A DNA stretch of 46,772 nt from contig JBCBGX010000001.1 of assembly GCA_038526325.1 (NCBI GenBank), positions 1-46,772 of the forward strand. The letters run 5' to 3'. Below the pieces are notes generated by a model that worked only from the letters and a program-made list of their open reading frames with translations, did not search any database and had not been told where the DNA came from. Each line of letters starts with the position of its first letter. The first letter of the stretch is position 1. Both the position numbers and the translations under genes were made by a program. This DNA is from Pseudomonadota bacterium. GTDB lineage: Bacteria > Pseudomonadota > Alphaproteobacteria > Rhodobacterales > Rhodobacteraceae. Below, in pieces: positions 18,093 through 28,896 of this stretch.

Positions 18093-19277
18093 TCAGATAC
18101 CGGCAGTCACAATGGCTTTTGCCAGCACAGGCACAGTTTTAGCGTTTAATCCGGCGATGTTCATCCGGCTGTCGCCCACCAGATATATCCCATGATCCTC
18201 GCGCAGTGCATCCACCTTGTCAGGGGTGGTGCCCAACCGGCTGAACATGCCGCGATGGCTTGCCAGAAAATCAAACCGATCCGAATTGGACAGACGCTTC
18301 AACTCATCCGCTAATTGCTGTCGCAGGTCGAGCATGCCTTTGCGGGTTTCTTCAAGTTCCGCCTCCCAGTCAGCGCGCAGGTCCGCATCTTTCAGAATGG
18401 TCGTGACAACCCGCGCCCCATGATCGGGTGGAAAGGAATAGTTCTGGCGGTTCAGGAACGCCAGATTTTGCTGCGTCAATGCCTGCTGGTCCGCGTCTTT
18501 AGCTACGGCCATCAGAATGCCGGTGCGTTCGCGGTAGATGCCGAAATTCTTTGAACAACTTGCCGCAATCAGGCAGTTTTCAAAGCTGCTTGCTATTTGC
18601 CGCGTGATCTTTGCATCTTCAGACAAGCCATCGCCAAAGCCTTGATAGGCGATGTCAACAAGTGGCACGGCGCCCTTGTTTTGCATGATGCCGATGACCT
18701 GCTGCATCTGCTCATAGGTCAGGTTCGCACCGGTGGGGTTGTGACAGCAGCCATGCAGCAGCACCACGTCTCCAGCATTGACCTGCTCGAGATCGCCGAG
18801 CATGCCTGCAAGATCCACGCCGCGGGTCTCATTGTCGAAATACCGATACTCGGCCATGTTCATACCGAGATATTTGATGATCGACGGATGGTTGGGCCAC
18901 GTCGGGTTAGACAGCCATATTGTCGCGCGCGGTGCGGCCAGGCGGATCAGTTCCAAAGATTGCCGGATTGCGCCCGTTCCGCCCGGGGTCGCGACCGCCG
19001 CGACCCGCTCGGCAGGGACGCTGTCGCCCAGCACCAGTTCCCGCATCGCGGCCCCGAATTGCGGGTCGCCCGCAAGACCCGTGTAAGCCTTGGTGGCCTG
19101 GTCTGACAGAATACGACGCTCGGCCTCTTTTACAGCCCGCATGACAGGTGTGTTGCCGGTGGCATCCTTATACACCCCCACGCCGAGATCGATCTTGTTC
19201 GCGCGTGCGTCAGCCCGGAACTTGGCCACAAGAGCCAGGATTTTGTCAGCAGGTTGCGCGGTCAGGTTTTCCAGCAT
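18093..19277 (-). CDS. tyrB: Aromatic amino acid/aspartate aminotransferase (class I)
   Basis: DLGVGVYKD, TPGGTGA, PTWPNH, HGCCHNPTG, DIAYQGFG, SCSKNFGIYRER. Start is coupled to the sseA stop (19277 or 19280). Confidence 0.93.
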   Translation of the reverse strand: MLENLTAQPADKILALVAKFRADARANKIDLGVGVYKDATGNTPVMRAVKEAERRILSDQATKAYTGLAGDPQFGAAMRELVLGDSVPAERVAAVATPGGTGAIRQSLELIRLAAPRATIWLSNPTWPNHPSIIKYLGMNMAEYRYFDNETRGVDLAGMLGDLEQVNAGDVVLLHGCCHNPTGANLTYEQMQQVIGIMQNKGAVPLVDIAYQGFGDGLSEDAKITRQIASSFENCLIAASCSKNFGIYRERTGILMAVAKDADQQALTQQNLAFLNRQNYSFPPDHGARVVTTILKDADLRADWEAELEETRKGMLDLRQQLADELKRLSNSDRFDFLASHRGMFSRLGTTPDKVDALREDHGIYLVGDSRMNIAGLNAKTVPVLAKAIVTAGI

Positions 19278-20143
19278 CATGAGGCTCCGGTTGCGATGGG
19301 AAGGTCGGCATACATGCCCCATTCGGACCAAGAGCCGTCGTAAAGCGAATGATCGGTCTTGCCGATCCGTTCAAGGGCGAGCGATAGGATCGCCGCAGTG
19401 ATACCCGATCCACAAGTCGTGATCGCGGGTTTTTGCAGATCAACACCGGCATCCATAAAGATCGTGCGAAGGGCATTGGGCGCTTTCATTGTGCCGTTGG
19501 CATTCAACAGATCTTGATAAAACACGTTTTTCGACCCGGGGATGTGGCCTGACCGCATGCCTTCGCGCGGCTCGTCCGCCTCACCTTTGAAACGTCCAGG
19601 CGCGCGCGCATCAATGATACTGTGATCACCAAGCTTTGCGGCCCGCGCGACGTCTGTCACATCGCGGACCCGCAAAGGTTCTGTCTTTACGGTCATGTGC
19701 CGATCGCGAATGGTTGGGGGCGTCGTTGTGGTCTTGTGCCCATCGGCCACCCATTTGGGCAAGCCGCCATCCAGCACGGCGATGTTATGCTGGCCCATCA
19801 GTTTAAACAGCCACCAGACCCGCGCAGCCGAAAAAATCCCTACCCCGTCATAAACCACAATCTGATGCCCGTCGCCGACACCCATCGCCCGCATGCGCGA
19901 CATGAATTTTTCAACCGGCGGGGCCATATGCGGCAGTTCGGACCGCCCATCGCTGATCTCGTCGATATCGAAAAAGCGTGCCCCGGGAATGTGCCCGGCT
20001 GCATACTCCGCTTTGGCATCGCGGTTCGCATCTGGCAGATACCACGACGCATCAAAGATCCGTAAATCCGGGTCTTTGAGATGCGCTGACAGCCACTCTG
20101 TGCTCACCAGCGTTTTGGGGTCTTCTGCTGTGGCAGGTGTCAT
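19277..20143 (-). CDS. sseA: 3-mercaptopyruvate sulfurtransferase
   Basis: DASWYLP, GHIPGA, SAARVWW, LDGGL, CGSGITA active loop, YDGSWSEW. Confidence 0.96.
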   Translation of the reverse strand: MTPATAEDPKTLVSTEWLSAHLKDPDLRIFDASWYLPDANRDAKAEYAAGHIPGARFFDIDEISDGRSELPHMAPPVEKFMSRMRAMGVGDGHQIVVYDGVGIFSAARVWWLFKLMGQHNIAVLDGGLPKWVADGHKTTTTPPTIRDRHMTVKTEPLRVRDVTDVARAAKLGDHSIIDARAPGRFKGEADEPREGMRSGHIPGSKNVFYQDLLNANGTMKAPNALRTIFMDAGVDLQKPAITTCGSGITAAILSLALERIGKTDHSLYDGSWSEWGMYADLPIATGAS

Positions 20144-20353
20144 GACACGCCCTCTTTCGCAATCGTATTAGGCCTAGCCTGCGGGGCAGAACAAGACAAG
20201 TGCGACACCGTAAAGCCGTATCATTATTCCCCTTAGGACCGGCTTTTTCGGCGCAAGGCGGGGCCAAAAGTGATTTGGTGGTTAAGTGGGCAGAGTATTA
20301 GGCTTCCCTTAGGTCAACCGCCAGATGCGGTGACCGCAATTGGGAAGACTACA

Positions 20354-21222
20354 ATGACTGAACGTATGCGTTTTGGTATTTTTCTTGCCCCGTTTCATAA
20401 GCCCGGCATCAACCCGACCTTGGCACTTGAGCAGGATCTGGAACTGGTGCAGTGGCTGGACCGATGTGACTATGACGAGGTGTGGTTTGGCGAACACCAC
20501 TCTGCCGGGTCCGAGATTTCGGCAAGTCCCGATATCATGATCGCAAGCGTGGCCCCGCGCACAAGACGGATCAAACTGGGCACGGGCGTTGTGTCTGTAA
20601 GCTACCACAACCCGCTTTGGGTCGCCGAAAAGATCGTGCAGCTTGATCATCTGACGCGCTGGCGCTGCATTGGGATGTGATCGAGGAAGAGGCCAAGCAC
20701 TATAAGCAACAAGTGAACCGATCCAAATGGCGCCTTGTGGGGCTGTGCCATATCGCTGAGACGGCAGAGCAAGCGCGCCGCGTCGTGGAATATGGGAGCG
20801 AACACTGGTTCAACTATTTCCAGGAAATCGTGACCTTCCCACAGAGGTCGATGCCCGGGCAGAACGCCAAAGAGATGATTGATTTCATCAATGACAGCGG
20901 TTTCGGCGCCATTGGCACGCCTAAGATGTGCAAAGCACAGATCAACCGTCTATGAAAACAGTCAAATGGTGGGTTCGGTGCATACCTGATGCTGGCCCAT
21001 AACTGGGCGAATTTCGAGGCGACCAAGAAGAGCTATGAACTGATCGCCCGCGAAGTCTTCCCGCATTTCCAAGGACAGCATATGTCGACAATGAATGCGG
21101 CAGTGCGTGCCCAGAAGATGCGGCCGGAACTGGCAGAGATCCATGCCAAAGCGGTCGAGACGGCCGAGGAAAACTATGCAGTCGAAAAGGAAAGCCGGCA
21201 TGTGGCGGAACCTGCAGAGTAA
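20354..21222 (+). pseudogene. LLM-class (luciferase-like, limonene 1,2-monooxygenase-like) flavin monooxygenase, inactivated
   Basis: RFGIFLAPFH, WFGEHHSAG, IKLGTGVVS, LDHLTR, then an abrupt jump with frame change to DALALHWDVIEEEA. In-frame TGA at 20953-20955, after which the frame continues KQSNGGFGAYLMLAHNWA. Confidence 0.88.
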
Positions 21223-21237
21223 GTGTTCTGACAGCGA

Positions 21238-21261
21238 GGGCGCGCGCTGGTTCGCGCGTCC
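21238..21261. terminator. GC-rich hairpin between convergent LLM pseudogene and smpB
   Basis: GGGCGCGCG-ctggtt-CGCGCGTCC stem-loop. Confidence 0.5.
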
Positions 21262-21283
21262 CCACCCCATCTGCGAACAATGA

Positions 21284-21757
21284 TCAGTCCCCGTGCCGCA
21301 GCAGTCGCTGCTTTTGACGACCCCAATCGCGTTTGGCTTCGGTCGCGCGTTTGTCGTGGTTTTTCTTGCCTTTGGCCGTCGCAATTTTCAGCTTCACTAG
21401 CCCACGGTCGTTGAAATACATCACCAAGGGCACCAGCGTCATGCCTTCGCGTTTGGTCGCGTTCCACAGTTTGGCGACCTCGCGTTTGGAACAGAGGAGC
21501 TTGCGCTTGCGCCGTTCCTCGTGACTGAACATCGCCCGGTCATAGGGTGCGATATAGGCATTGGTCAGCCAAAGCTCTCCATCATCCACACTGGCATAAC
21601 TGTCGGCGATGTTGGATTGGCCGGTGCGCAGGGATTTGACCTCGGACCCCATCAGAACGATGCCGACCTCAAGATCATCCTCGATCGCATAATCATATCG
21701 CGCGCGCCGGTTTTCGGCGACGACTTTGTAGTTTTTGTTTTCCGGTTTCTTGGCCAT
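21284..21757 (-). CDS. smpB: SsrA-binding protein SmpB
   Basis: [42 protein letters not shown]. Start trimmed to ATG 21757. Confidence 0.98.
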   Translation of the reverse strand: MAKKPENKNYKVVAENRRARYDYAIEDDLEVGIVLMGSEVKSLRTGQSNIADSYASVDDGELWLTNAYIAPYDRAMFSHEERRKRKLLCSKREVAKLWNATKREGMTLVPLVMYFNDRGLVKLKIATAKGKKNHDKRATEAKRDWGRQKQRLLRHGD

Positions 21758-21814
21758 AGTCGGGCTGAGATATGCCAAGCCGCGCCATGGCACAAGATGC
21801 GCGAGGGAGACGGG

Positions 21815-22258
21815 ATGTTCATTCAACTTGCGATAGGCACAGTGCTGCTTGTGGCGTCGATCATGGTGGCAGGTGTCAGTTTCTGGTTTTTCGAATGGCG
21901 TTTGACCATTGCGGCCCCGTGGCTGACCCGCACCCCGCATCGGGCCAAGTTGATGCTGGTCCTGTGTGCCACAGCAATTTGGGTGCTGTTGCAAATGACG
22001 GTCGCTGTCTGGATGTGGGCGCTGACGTTCTTGGGGCTGCAGATTTTCGCGACGTTGGAAGAGGCTGTTTATTTCGCGCTTGTTGTCTTCACCACGTTGG
22101 GGTTTGGCGACATCTTGTTGCCAGTTGAATGGCGGCTGTTGGGCGGCATGGCGGCCTTGAACGGTCTTCTGAATATCGGGCTGATGACAGCGGCGATGGT
22201 GGAAACTCTGCGCCAATTGCGGTTGCAGCAATTGCAAAACGCCCGGGTTGATACATGA
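21815..22258 (+). CDS. Small potassium-channel-family (Ion_trans_2) membrane protein
   Basis: [17 protein letters not shown] pore-helix/selectivity motif flanked by TMs. GGGAGA RBS. Confidence 0.85.
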   Translation: MFIQLAIGTVLLVASIMVAGVSFWFFEWRLTIAAPWLTRTPHRAKLMLVLCATAIWVLLQMTVAVWMWALTFLGLQIFATLEEAVYFALVVFTTLGFGDILLPVEWRLLGGMAALNGLLNIGLMTAAMVETLRQLRLQQLQNARVDT

Positions 22259-23445
22259 GCGTTCCGGTTTTGGACAACCGCGCCGCGCGCCACGTCTTTT
22301 TGGCGCGTCATGGATTGGCAGCGCGTCCGAGTGGGCCCGGCAAGGGGGCTGATCTGAAAGCGGTCCTTGATGATCTGGGATTTGTGCAGGTCGACAGTGT
22401 GAACACCTTTGCGCGCGCCCATGATCTGATCCTGTGGTCGCGGCGACAGCAATACCGGCCCAAGGCGCTGCAACACCTGTTGCATCGCGACCGGCAAGTG
22501 TTCGAACATTGGACGCATGATGCCTCTGTTATTCCGATGGAAAGCTTCGCCCATTGGCGCTTACGGTTCCAGCGAGACGCCGTGCGGATGGAAGAGCGCT
22601 GGAAAGAAGGACGGCGTGGGGATTTTATTGCCAAGGTTGATGCCGTCCTGCGCCAGATCGCCGATCACGGCTGCTGCACGTCAGGTGACGTGGGTGAGGG
22701 CGAGGATCGCGGATCTGGTGGGTGGTGGGATTGGCATCCTTCCAAGACTGCACTGGAATATCTCTGGCGCTCCGGTCAATTGTCGGTCGTTCGGCGTAAC
22801 GGGTTCAGAAAGGTCTACGATCTGACCGAACGGGTGATCCCGCCGGAACATCTGAACCGCCGCCACCACCCGGATGAAACAATTGATTGGTGTTGTACTG
22901 GCGCGCTTGACCGGTTGGGGTTTGCCACAAGCGGCGAACTGGCGGGGTTCTAGAATCACATTTCGGCAGCCGAAGTGAAAACCTGGTGCAAGGCTGCATT
23001 GGTAGAGGGTCGGATCATCGAGGTGGATGTAGCAGGCGCAGATGGCAAACTGCGCCGGTCTTTCGCCCGACCGGATGTGATGGATGAAACCGCCACACCA
23101 CCGACGCCCCGCTTGCGCATCTTGTCCCCATTTGATCCGGCGCTCAGGGACCGAAAACGCGCTGAACGGTTATTCGGTTTTCACTACCGGATCGAAATTT
23201 TCGTGCCCGAGGCCAAGCGGAAATACGGCTACTATGTCTTTCCGGTGATCGAAGGCGACCGGATGATCGGACGGATCGACATGAAACGCGAAGAGGGGGT
23301 TCTGGCCGTCCGGGCATTCTGGCCAGAGGCGGGCGTGCGGATGGGAAATGGCCGCCGAAACGCCTTACACGCTGAACTGGAACGCGCCGCTCGGTTTGGC
23401 GGATGCTGTGACCTGAGCTATGGCACGGGCTGGCGTCGCAGCTGA
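22255..23445 (+). pseudogene. ycaQ: YcaQ/AlkZ-like winged-helix DNA glycosylase with in-frame amber stop
   Basis: [10 protein letters not shown] (QxD), [50 protein letters not shown]. The two ORFs are in the same frame, separated by TAG 22951-22953. Confidence 0.88.
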
Positions 23446-23462
23446 CGCTGGTGCGACATGGC

Positions 23463-23997
23463 CTAGCGCGGCACACAAACCGAACAGGTCACAAGCCGTG
23501 TCTGCATCAATGGCGCAAACTGCGGGGCCTGCAGTGTCACAGCAGCGCGCGCCTGTGCGTTGCGATCCGTGACCGTAGCGGCGGGCTTGCTCCCAACACT
23601 GCGTAAATCGATGTCGCCCAGATAAACCACTTCACCCGGTCGCACTGTAAATCCTGAACCTGCCGGGTCGCTGGCCACAAGGCTTCTACTCCCAACCTCC
23701 ACAAAGGTCAGCCGATACGACCCCGCTTGAACAACCTGCACGCGGTATGCTCCGGTATCAGTGGCAACAACCCCCTGGTCGCTTAGCAGATCAACCCGTG
23801 TGGTGTTGTCGGAAATCCAAAAATCGAAATCGCCTTGAATGGTGTCGCTGCCGTCACGTACAAATCCACGCGTCACGATTATGGCAGCGCCCTGCGCCGA
23901 AAGTTGGGCTTGAGTGGGCGGAATGGGTGCTGGCGGCGCTGCGCAGGCAGCAATAGCAGTCAAAAAGGGCCAGTATCGAAAATATGCGAATTGTCAT
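23463..23997 (-). pseudogene. Hypothetical lipoprotein with +1 frameshift in its signal peptide
   Basis: ATG 23997 with AGGGAA RBS reads MTIRIFSILAL. Removing one base of the A5 run (23962-23966) joins it to LTAIAAC (lipobox). The body has PGEVVYLGDI. Confidence 0.7.
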
Positions 23998-24220
23998 GGG
24001 ATTCCCTGCAGTAGGCTATTTGGTGGCTGGCACTGGGTTCTGACCCCAGTGGAGATTTGCAGAATTGCGCGACAGAGTCAGTGCAGAAAGTTTCTGTCTT
24101 GTAAAGCTGCCAATTGAGGAAGGCGACCAAGATATCGTATCGTCGCCATCTTCATCGTTCACACCCTGCAAAGGCTTTGCGCCCGCTGCGCCAGCCGGAC
24201 CGTGGGTCTGGCTGTTGACG

Positions 24221-25093
24221 TCAGTTCAGCAGCCCTGCGTGCACCATCGCAGCCCGCAATTTCTCCTTGGTGCCGTCGGTCAATTCGGTCAGCGGTGACC
24301 GGACCTCTGCGCTAGACAATCCCAGCAGCGACATCCCGTATTTTGCGCCCACAAGGCCGGGTTCGGTGAACACAGCCTCGTGCAGTGGCATCAAGCGATC
24401 CAACTGTGTCAGCGCTTTGGCATAGTCCCCTGACAACGCAGTTTCTTGAAACTCTGAAATCAGCTTTGGCGCAATATTTGCCGTGACCGAGATGCAGCCC
24501 ACGCCACCATGTGCGTTGAACCCGAGCGCCGTCGCGTCCTCGCCCGAAAGCTGAATGAAATCCGGCCCGCAGCGCATCCGTGTGGCCGGCACCCTAGACA
24601 AGTCAGCGGTCGCGTCTTTGACGCCAACGATCATCTCATGCTTGGAAAGCTCTGCCATCGTTTCAGGTGTCATGTCGATGACGGAACGAGGTGGAATATT
24701 GTAAATGACGATTGGCAAGCCACAATTTGCAGCCGCTGTGAAATGAGCGATCAGACCGCGTTGGGTAGGCTTGTTATAATAAGGGGTCACAACCAGGGCC
24801 GCATCTGCCCCAGCTGCCTTTGCCGCTTGCACCAGCCGCACGGTTTCATCGGTGTTGTTTGACCCCGCACCAGCGATCACGGGGATGCGGCCTGCGGCCT
24901 CTTGCACCACGGTTTCAACCACCAGATCATGCTCTTCATGGGTCAGCGTCGGGCTTTCCCCCGTTGTGCCCACCGGCACGAGCCCATGGCTACCCTGATC
25001 CACATGCCAGTTCACCAGCTTTTTCAGCGCGGCCACATCAACCTGGCCGTTCGCAAACGGCGTGACGAGGGCGGGGAGAGATCCCTTGAACAT
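24221..25093 (-). CDS. dapA: 4-hydroxy-tetrahydrodipicolinate synthase
   Basis: [44 protein letters not shown]. Confidence 0.97.
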   Translation of the reverse strand: MFKGSLPALVTPFANGQVDVAALKKLVNWHVDQGSHGLVPVGTTGESPTLTHEEHDLVVETVVQEAAGRIPVIAGAGSNNTDETVRLVQAAKAAGADAALVVTPYYNKPTQRGLIAHFTAAANCGLPIVIYNIPPRSVIDMTPETMAELSKHEMIVGVKDATADLSRVPATRMRCGPDFIQLSGEDATALGFNAHGGVGCISVTANIAPKLISEFQETALSGDYAKALTQLDRLMPLHEAVFTEPGLVGAKYGMSLLGLSSAEVRSPLTELTDGTKEKLRAAMVHAGLLN

Positions 25094-25241
25094 GGCACGC
25101 TTCCTTATTTATTGCTGGCTGGCATCAGCCAAGGTAAAATCGCGCGGAACCTAGACTGGTTTCCGCCGATTGCCAAGTTTGTGAGTTGCGATTGTCAGGG
25201 GCTAATTTACTTTATCTCAAAACGGGCAGTTTGGATATTTC

Positions 25242-27248
25242 ATGCGGTTTCTGACACTGATTTCGGTTGTTTTCTGGGCCGCGCTGCCTGTCTCCGCCCA
25301 AGAAGTCGATCCTCAAAGTATCACCGCACTCAAAGAAGCCGAAATAGGCTGGGACAAGGCCTATGCGCTGGCCCCGGATACCCTGACCCGCGACGTACTG
25401 ACATGGTTGCGATTGCGGGACGGGGACGCCACCTTTGATGACTATCGTGCTTTTGCCGCATCCCATGGCGACTGGCCTGGCTGGGCGCGTCTTCGCGCTG
25501 AGGCAGAGCAGGTGATTGCGAAGGGTCATGATGCGACAGAGGTCATCGCCTGGTTTGCCGAGGACGATCCAAGGACGGGTGAAGGTGCCGTTCGGCTGGC
25601 GGAGGCGCTGATGACTTCGGGCCGGGTTGAGGATGCCAATGCGGTCTTGCGCACCGCTTGGATCGGTCTGCGCCTGTCTGAGGATGGCCATGATGCGATG
25701 GTTGAGGCCTTTGGCGATGTTCTGGAACCCTATCATGTGGCGCGGACCGATGCACTGCTCTGGCGGTCCCGCCGGGCCGAGGCCGAACGCATGTTGCCCT
25801 TGCTGGAGGCAGACCAACAAGCACTGGCAGCGGCGCGGATTGGCTATATCAAACGCACGCGAAACATGCGGCCCCTGTACGATGCAGTGCCAGAAGAGCT
25901 GCGCGAAGACCCAGGACTGGCCTATGACCGCTATAACTGGTTGGCCAATCGAGGCAGCCGGTCGGAGGCGGTGGAGATGGTATTGGACCGTTCTACCTCG
26001 GGTGCCGCTTTGGGCGAACCCTTTCGTTGGTCAGGCTGGCGGCGCTCACTTGCCCGGTGGGAAATGCGCGAAGGCCGGGCAGAGCGTGCGTATCTGATCG
26101 CGTCGCGCCACTACTTGACCGACGGGGCCTCGTTTGCTGACCTGGAATGGCTGTCAGGCTACATCGCGCTGACATATCTGGGCGATCCGACACTGGCACT
26201 CGCGCATTTTGAGAAGGCGTTGCGTGCTGTCAGTACGCCAATTTCGCTGGGCAGGATGCAGTATTGGATCGGTCGCACTTATGAGATCAAGGGTGAGGCG
26301 GAGCAAGCAACGGCGGCCTTTGCCGCAGCGGCGGAACACCAGACCGGGTTTTATGGGCTTCTTGCGTCCGAAAGGATTGGTCGGCCATTGGATCCAACTC
26401 TGTCGACACCCGATGGTGATTGGAAAGGCGCGCCTGTTTTTGAAGATCCCATTGTGCAGGCTGCGCTGATGCTGCTTGCGAGCGGGGAACGTGGGCATGC
26501 CGTCACATTCTTTGCCGCGTTGGGACGTTCACTGGACGCAGAAGACCTGGCTGCACTGGGTGCATATCTAAGCGAGATGGATGAGCAGTATTACACACTG
26601 CTGCTGGGCAAAACCGCCCTCACGCGCGGTATCCTGATCCCAGCGATCTATTTTCCAGTGCACGATCTTGCGCAGATGGATTTGCCTGTTGATCCCGCCC
26701 TGGCCCTGTCCATTGCCCGCCGCGAAAGCGAATTCAACATCGGCATCGGCAGCCCGGTCGGGGCACTGGGTCTGATGCAATTGATGCCCGCGACAGCGGA
26801 AGAAGTGGCGGGCTTTCTGGATCTGCCCTATTCCCGTGGTCGATTGACTAGTGATTGGGAATATAACGCAACGCTGGGCGCAAAATACCTGCAGATACTG
26901 CAAGACGAATTCGGCCCAACGCCGGTTCTGATCGCAGCCGGTTATAATGCAGGGCCTAGCCGGCCGAATATCTGGATGGACGAACGCGGCGATCCCCGCT
27001 TGCGCGAGATGGATGTCGTGGACTGGATCGAACATATCCCGTTTCGCGAAACCCGGAATTATGTGATGCGTGTCACCGAAAGCCTGCCGATCTACCGCGC
27101 TCAGCTGACCGGGGAAACTGGGCCGGTGACCTTCACAGAGCTCTTGATCGGTCAAAAGCCGTTGATCCGCCCGACTGCGCGCCCCTTGCCACAAGCGGTC
27201 GGCGATGCGCCCAGCCTCCGGCCCACGGCAAGACCGGACAGGGGATAG
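25242..27248 (+). CDS. slt: Soluble lytic murein transglycosylase (Slt70-like)
   Basis: Signal peptide, helical repeats, ARRESEF, SPVGALGLMQLMP, AGYNAGP, IPFRETRNYV. Confidence 0.93.
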   Translation: MRFLTLISVVFWAALPVSAQEVDPQSITALKEAEIGWDKAYALAPDTLTRDVLTWLRLRDGDATFDDYRAFAASHGDWPGWARLRAEAEQVIAKGHDATEVIAWFAEDDPRTGEGAVRLAEALMTSGRVEDANAVLRTAWIGLRLSEDGHDAMVEAFGDVLEPYHVARTDALLWRSRRAEAERMLPLLEADQQALAAARIGYIKRTRNMRPLYDAVPEELREDPGLAYDRYNWLANRGSRSEAVEMVLDRSTSGAALGEPFRWSGWRRSLARWEMREGRAERAYLIASRHYLTDGASFADLEWLSGYIALTYLGDPTLALAHFEKALRAVSTPISLGRMQYWIGRTYEIKGEAEQATAAFAAAAEHQTGFYGLLASERIGRPLDPTLSTPDGDWKGAPVFEDPIVQAALMLLASGERGHAVTFFAALGRSLDAEDLAALGAYLSEMDEQYYTLLLGKTALTRGILIPAIYFPVHDLAQMDLPVDPALALSIARRESEFNIGIGSPVGALGLMQLMPATAEEVAGFLDLPYSRGRLTSDWEYNATLGAKYLQILQDEFGPTPVLIAAGYNAGPSRPNIWMDERGDPRLREMDVVDWIEHIPFRETRNYVMRVTESLPIYRAQLTGETGPVTFTELLIGQKPLIRPTARPLPQAVGDAPSLRPTARPDRG

Positions 27249-27318
27249 ATGCGATGGCTGAAATCTAGGATCCCACACACTAGATATCGGGCGGTAAGAT
27301 GTGTTGCTTGCACCCTGC

Positions 27319-28179
27319 TTATGCGTGCCGTTCCCGCCACAGCGTGAACACCCCCGCGCTGACGACTATGGCCGCCCCTATCGCGACGTTGGGCCGTAAT
27401 GTTTCCTCTAAAAGCAAAAGGCCAATCGCGCTCGCAAAGACCAGTTGCAAATACGCAAAGGGTTGCACAGCGCTGGCTTCGGCCACTTCGTAGGTTTTGA
27501 TCAATAGCCAGTGACCAGCTGCACCTGTGATACAAAGTGCGGCCATCCATCGCCAATCAATAGCGGACATGGGCTCCCAAAACCAAATGCCAGCTAGGGT
27601 CATGACCACGGCACCCGAGGTTCCGGTCCAGAAAAAAGATGTGGCGGTGTCGTCCTTGCGGGCGGCATAGCGTGTCAAAAGCCCGTAAAGGGCAAATAGG
27701 AACGCAGACAAAAGCGCAACAGCGGCTGCTGGGGCAAAAACCGTGTAGCCTGGTTGCAAAATCACGAGCACACCGATGAATCCGACCCCGATTGCAATCC
27801 AGCGCCGCCATCCGACACGCTCGCCCAGGATCGGGCCCGACAGTGCCGCGATCAAAAGCGGATAGCAGGCGAAGATGGCATGACTTTCTACAAGCCCAAG
27901 CAATACAAATGCCGTGACCATGACGCAGATTTCCAGTGCCAAAACCACCCCGCGCGTCGCTTGCAGGACCGGTTGCTTGGTCGCTGCTGCCGCACGAATA
28001 GAGCCGGTTTTCCGTGTGGCAATTGTGATGACAAAAGCCGCGAAGAACCAGTACCGGATCATGACAATCATGATCACGTTGTAGTTTTCCGCCAGGTGTC
28101 GCGAGATCCCGTCCTGCACCGCAAACACGAATGTTGTCGCGATCATAAGCAGAATTCCCAAGCGTGGATTATTCCGCAT
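27319..28179 (-). CDS. DMT/EamA-family transporter
   Basis: About 10 TMs, LGERVGWRRW, GVLVILQPG, AEASAVQPF. Confidence 0.9.
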   Translation of the reverse strand: MRNNPRLGILLMIATTFVFAVQDGISRHLAENYNVIMIVMIRYWFFAAFVITIATRKTGSIRAAAATKQPVLQATRGVVLALEICVMVTAFVLLGLVESHAIFACYPLLIAALSGPILGERVGWRRWIAIGVGFIGVLVILQPGYTVFAPAAAVALLSAFLFALYGLLTRYAARKDDTATSFFWTGTSGAVVMTLAGIWFWEPMSAIDWRWMAALCITGAAGHWLLIKTYEVAEASAVQPFAYLQLVFASAIGLLLLEETLRPNVAIGAAIVVSAGVFTLWRERHA

Positions 28180-28849
28180 GTCCAAGCCTCGCGCGGGTCA
28201 TGTGTCGCTTACGGCCATAACCTGGCGTGCGACTGACCGTGAAACCGGCACGCGCCAGGCTGCGCCTGACCTGGCCAGCTGCGCTGTAGGTAGCGGCGGT
28301 GCCACCCGGTTTGGTGTGCGCCGCGACAGTGCTCAGCAATGCCGGTTCCCACAATTCGGGGTTCTTTGCTGGTGAAAACCCGTCCAGAAACCATGCATCG
28401 GCCTTGCCTTGCCACTTCTGCACAGTGTCGCGCGCATCACCGATAACAACGTGCAAGATCAGATCTTGGCAGAGCTGCACCGGTCCTGCGCCGGGCGTCC
28501 ACATTTTGAGCAACCTGGCTGCATAGCTGCAAAGCTGCGGAAAGTGGCGAAGAGCGCGAGCCATGTCATCCGTTGACATTGGAAATGCCTCGAATGATGT
28601 GAATTGCAAGTCTCCCGGGCATCCGGCCTGTTCCCATTTGGCCCAGGTCACCAAAAGGTTAAGGCCTGTCCCGAACCCGAGTTCTGCAATTTGAAACGCG
28701 TCCCCAAACCGCGCAGGCAGATCATTACCGTCCAGAAAGACATGTGTGGTTTCTGCCAAACCATCATCCAGCGAATAGTAAGGATCATCGAATTGCGTGG
28801 CGACCGGTACGCCGTTGTTCCAGTCGAGATTTGCTATCTGGTCTGTCAT
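28169..28849 (-). CDS. mnmD: tRNA mnm5s2U34 methyltransferase (MnmC N-terminal domain, MnmD)
   Basis: FDDPYYS..GLAETTHVFLDGN, AELGFGTGLN, DAWFLDGFSPAKNPELW, ATYSAAG, GYGRKRHM. Confidence 0.92.
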   Translation of the reverse strand: MTDQIANLDWNNGVPVATQFDDPYYSLDDGLAETTHVFLDGNDLPARFGDAFQIAELGFGTGLNLLVTWAKWEQAGCPGDLQFTSFEAFPMSTDDMARALRHFPQLCSYAARLLKMWTPGAGPVQLCQDLILHVVIGDARDTVQKWQGKADAWFLDGFSPAKNPELWEPALLSTVAAHTKPGGTAATYSAAGQVRRSLARAGFTVSRTPGYGRKRHMTRARLGHAE

Positions 28850-28896
28850 GCCTGCCCACCGTAAAACAGGGCCATCTTTGGTCCGAAGGGGGCGGA

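Noticed and set aside
21284-22258. Long overlapping ORFs 21284-22237 (-) and 21521-22258 (+) as real dual coding
   Set aside because: They are spurious N-terminal extensions. Family homology begins at ATG 21757 (smpB) and ATG 21815 (channel), leaving a normal divergent spacer.
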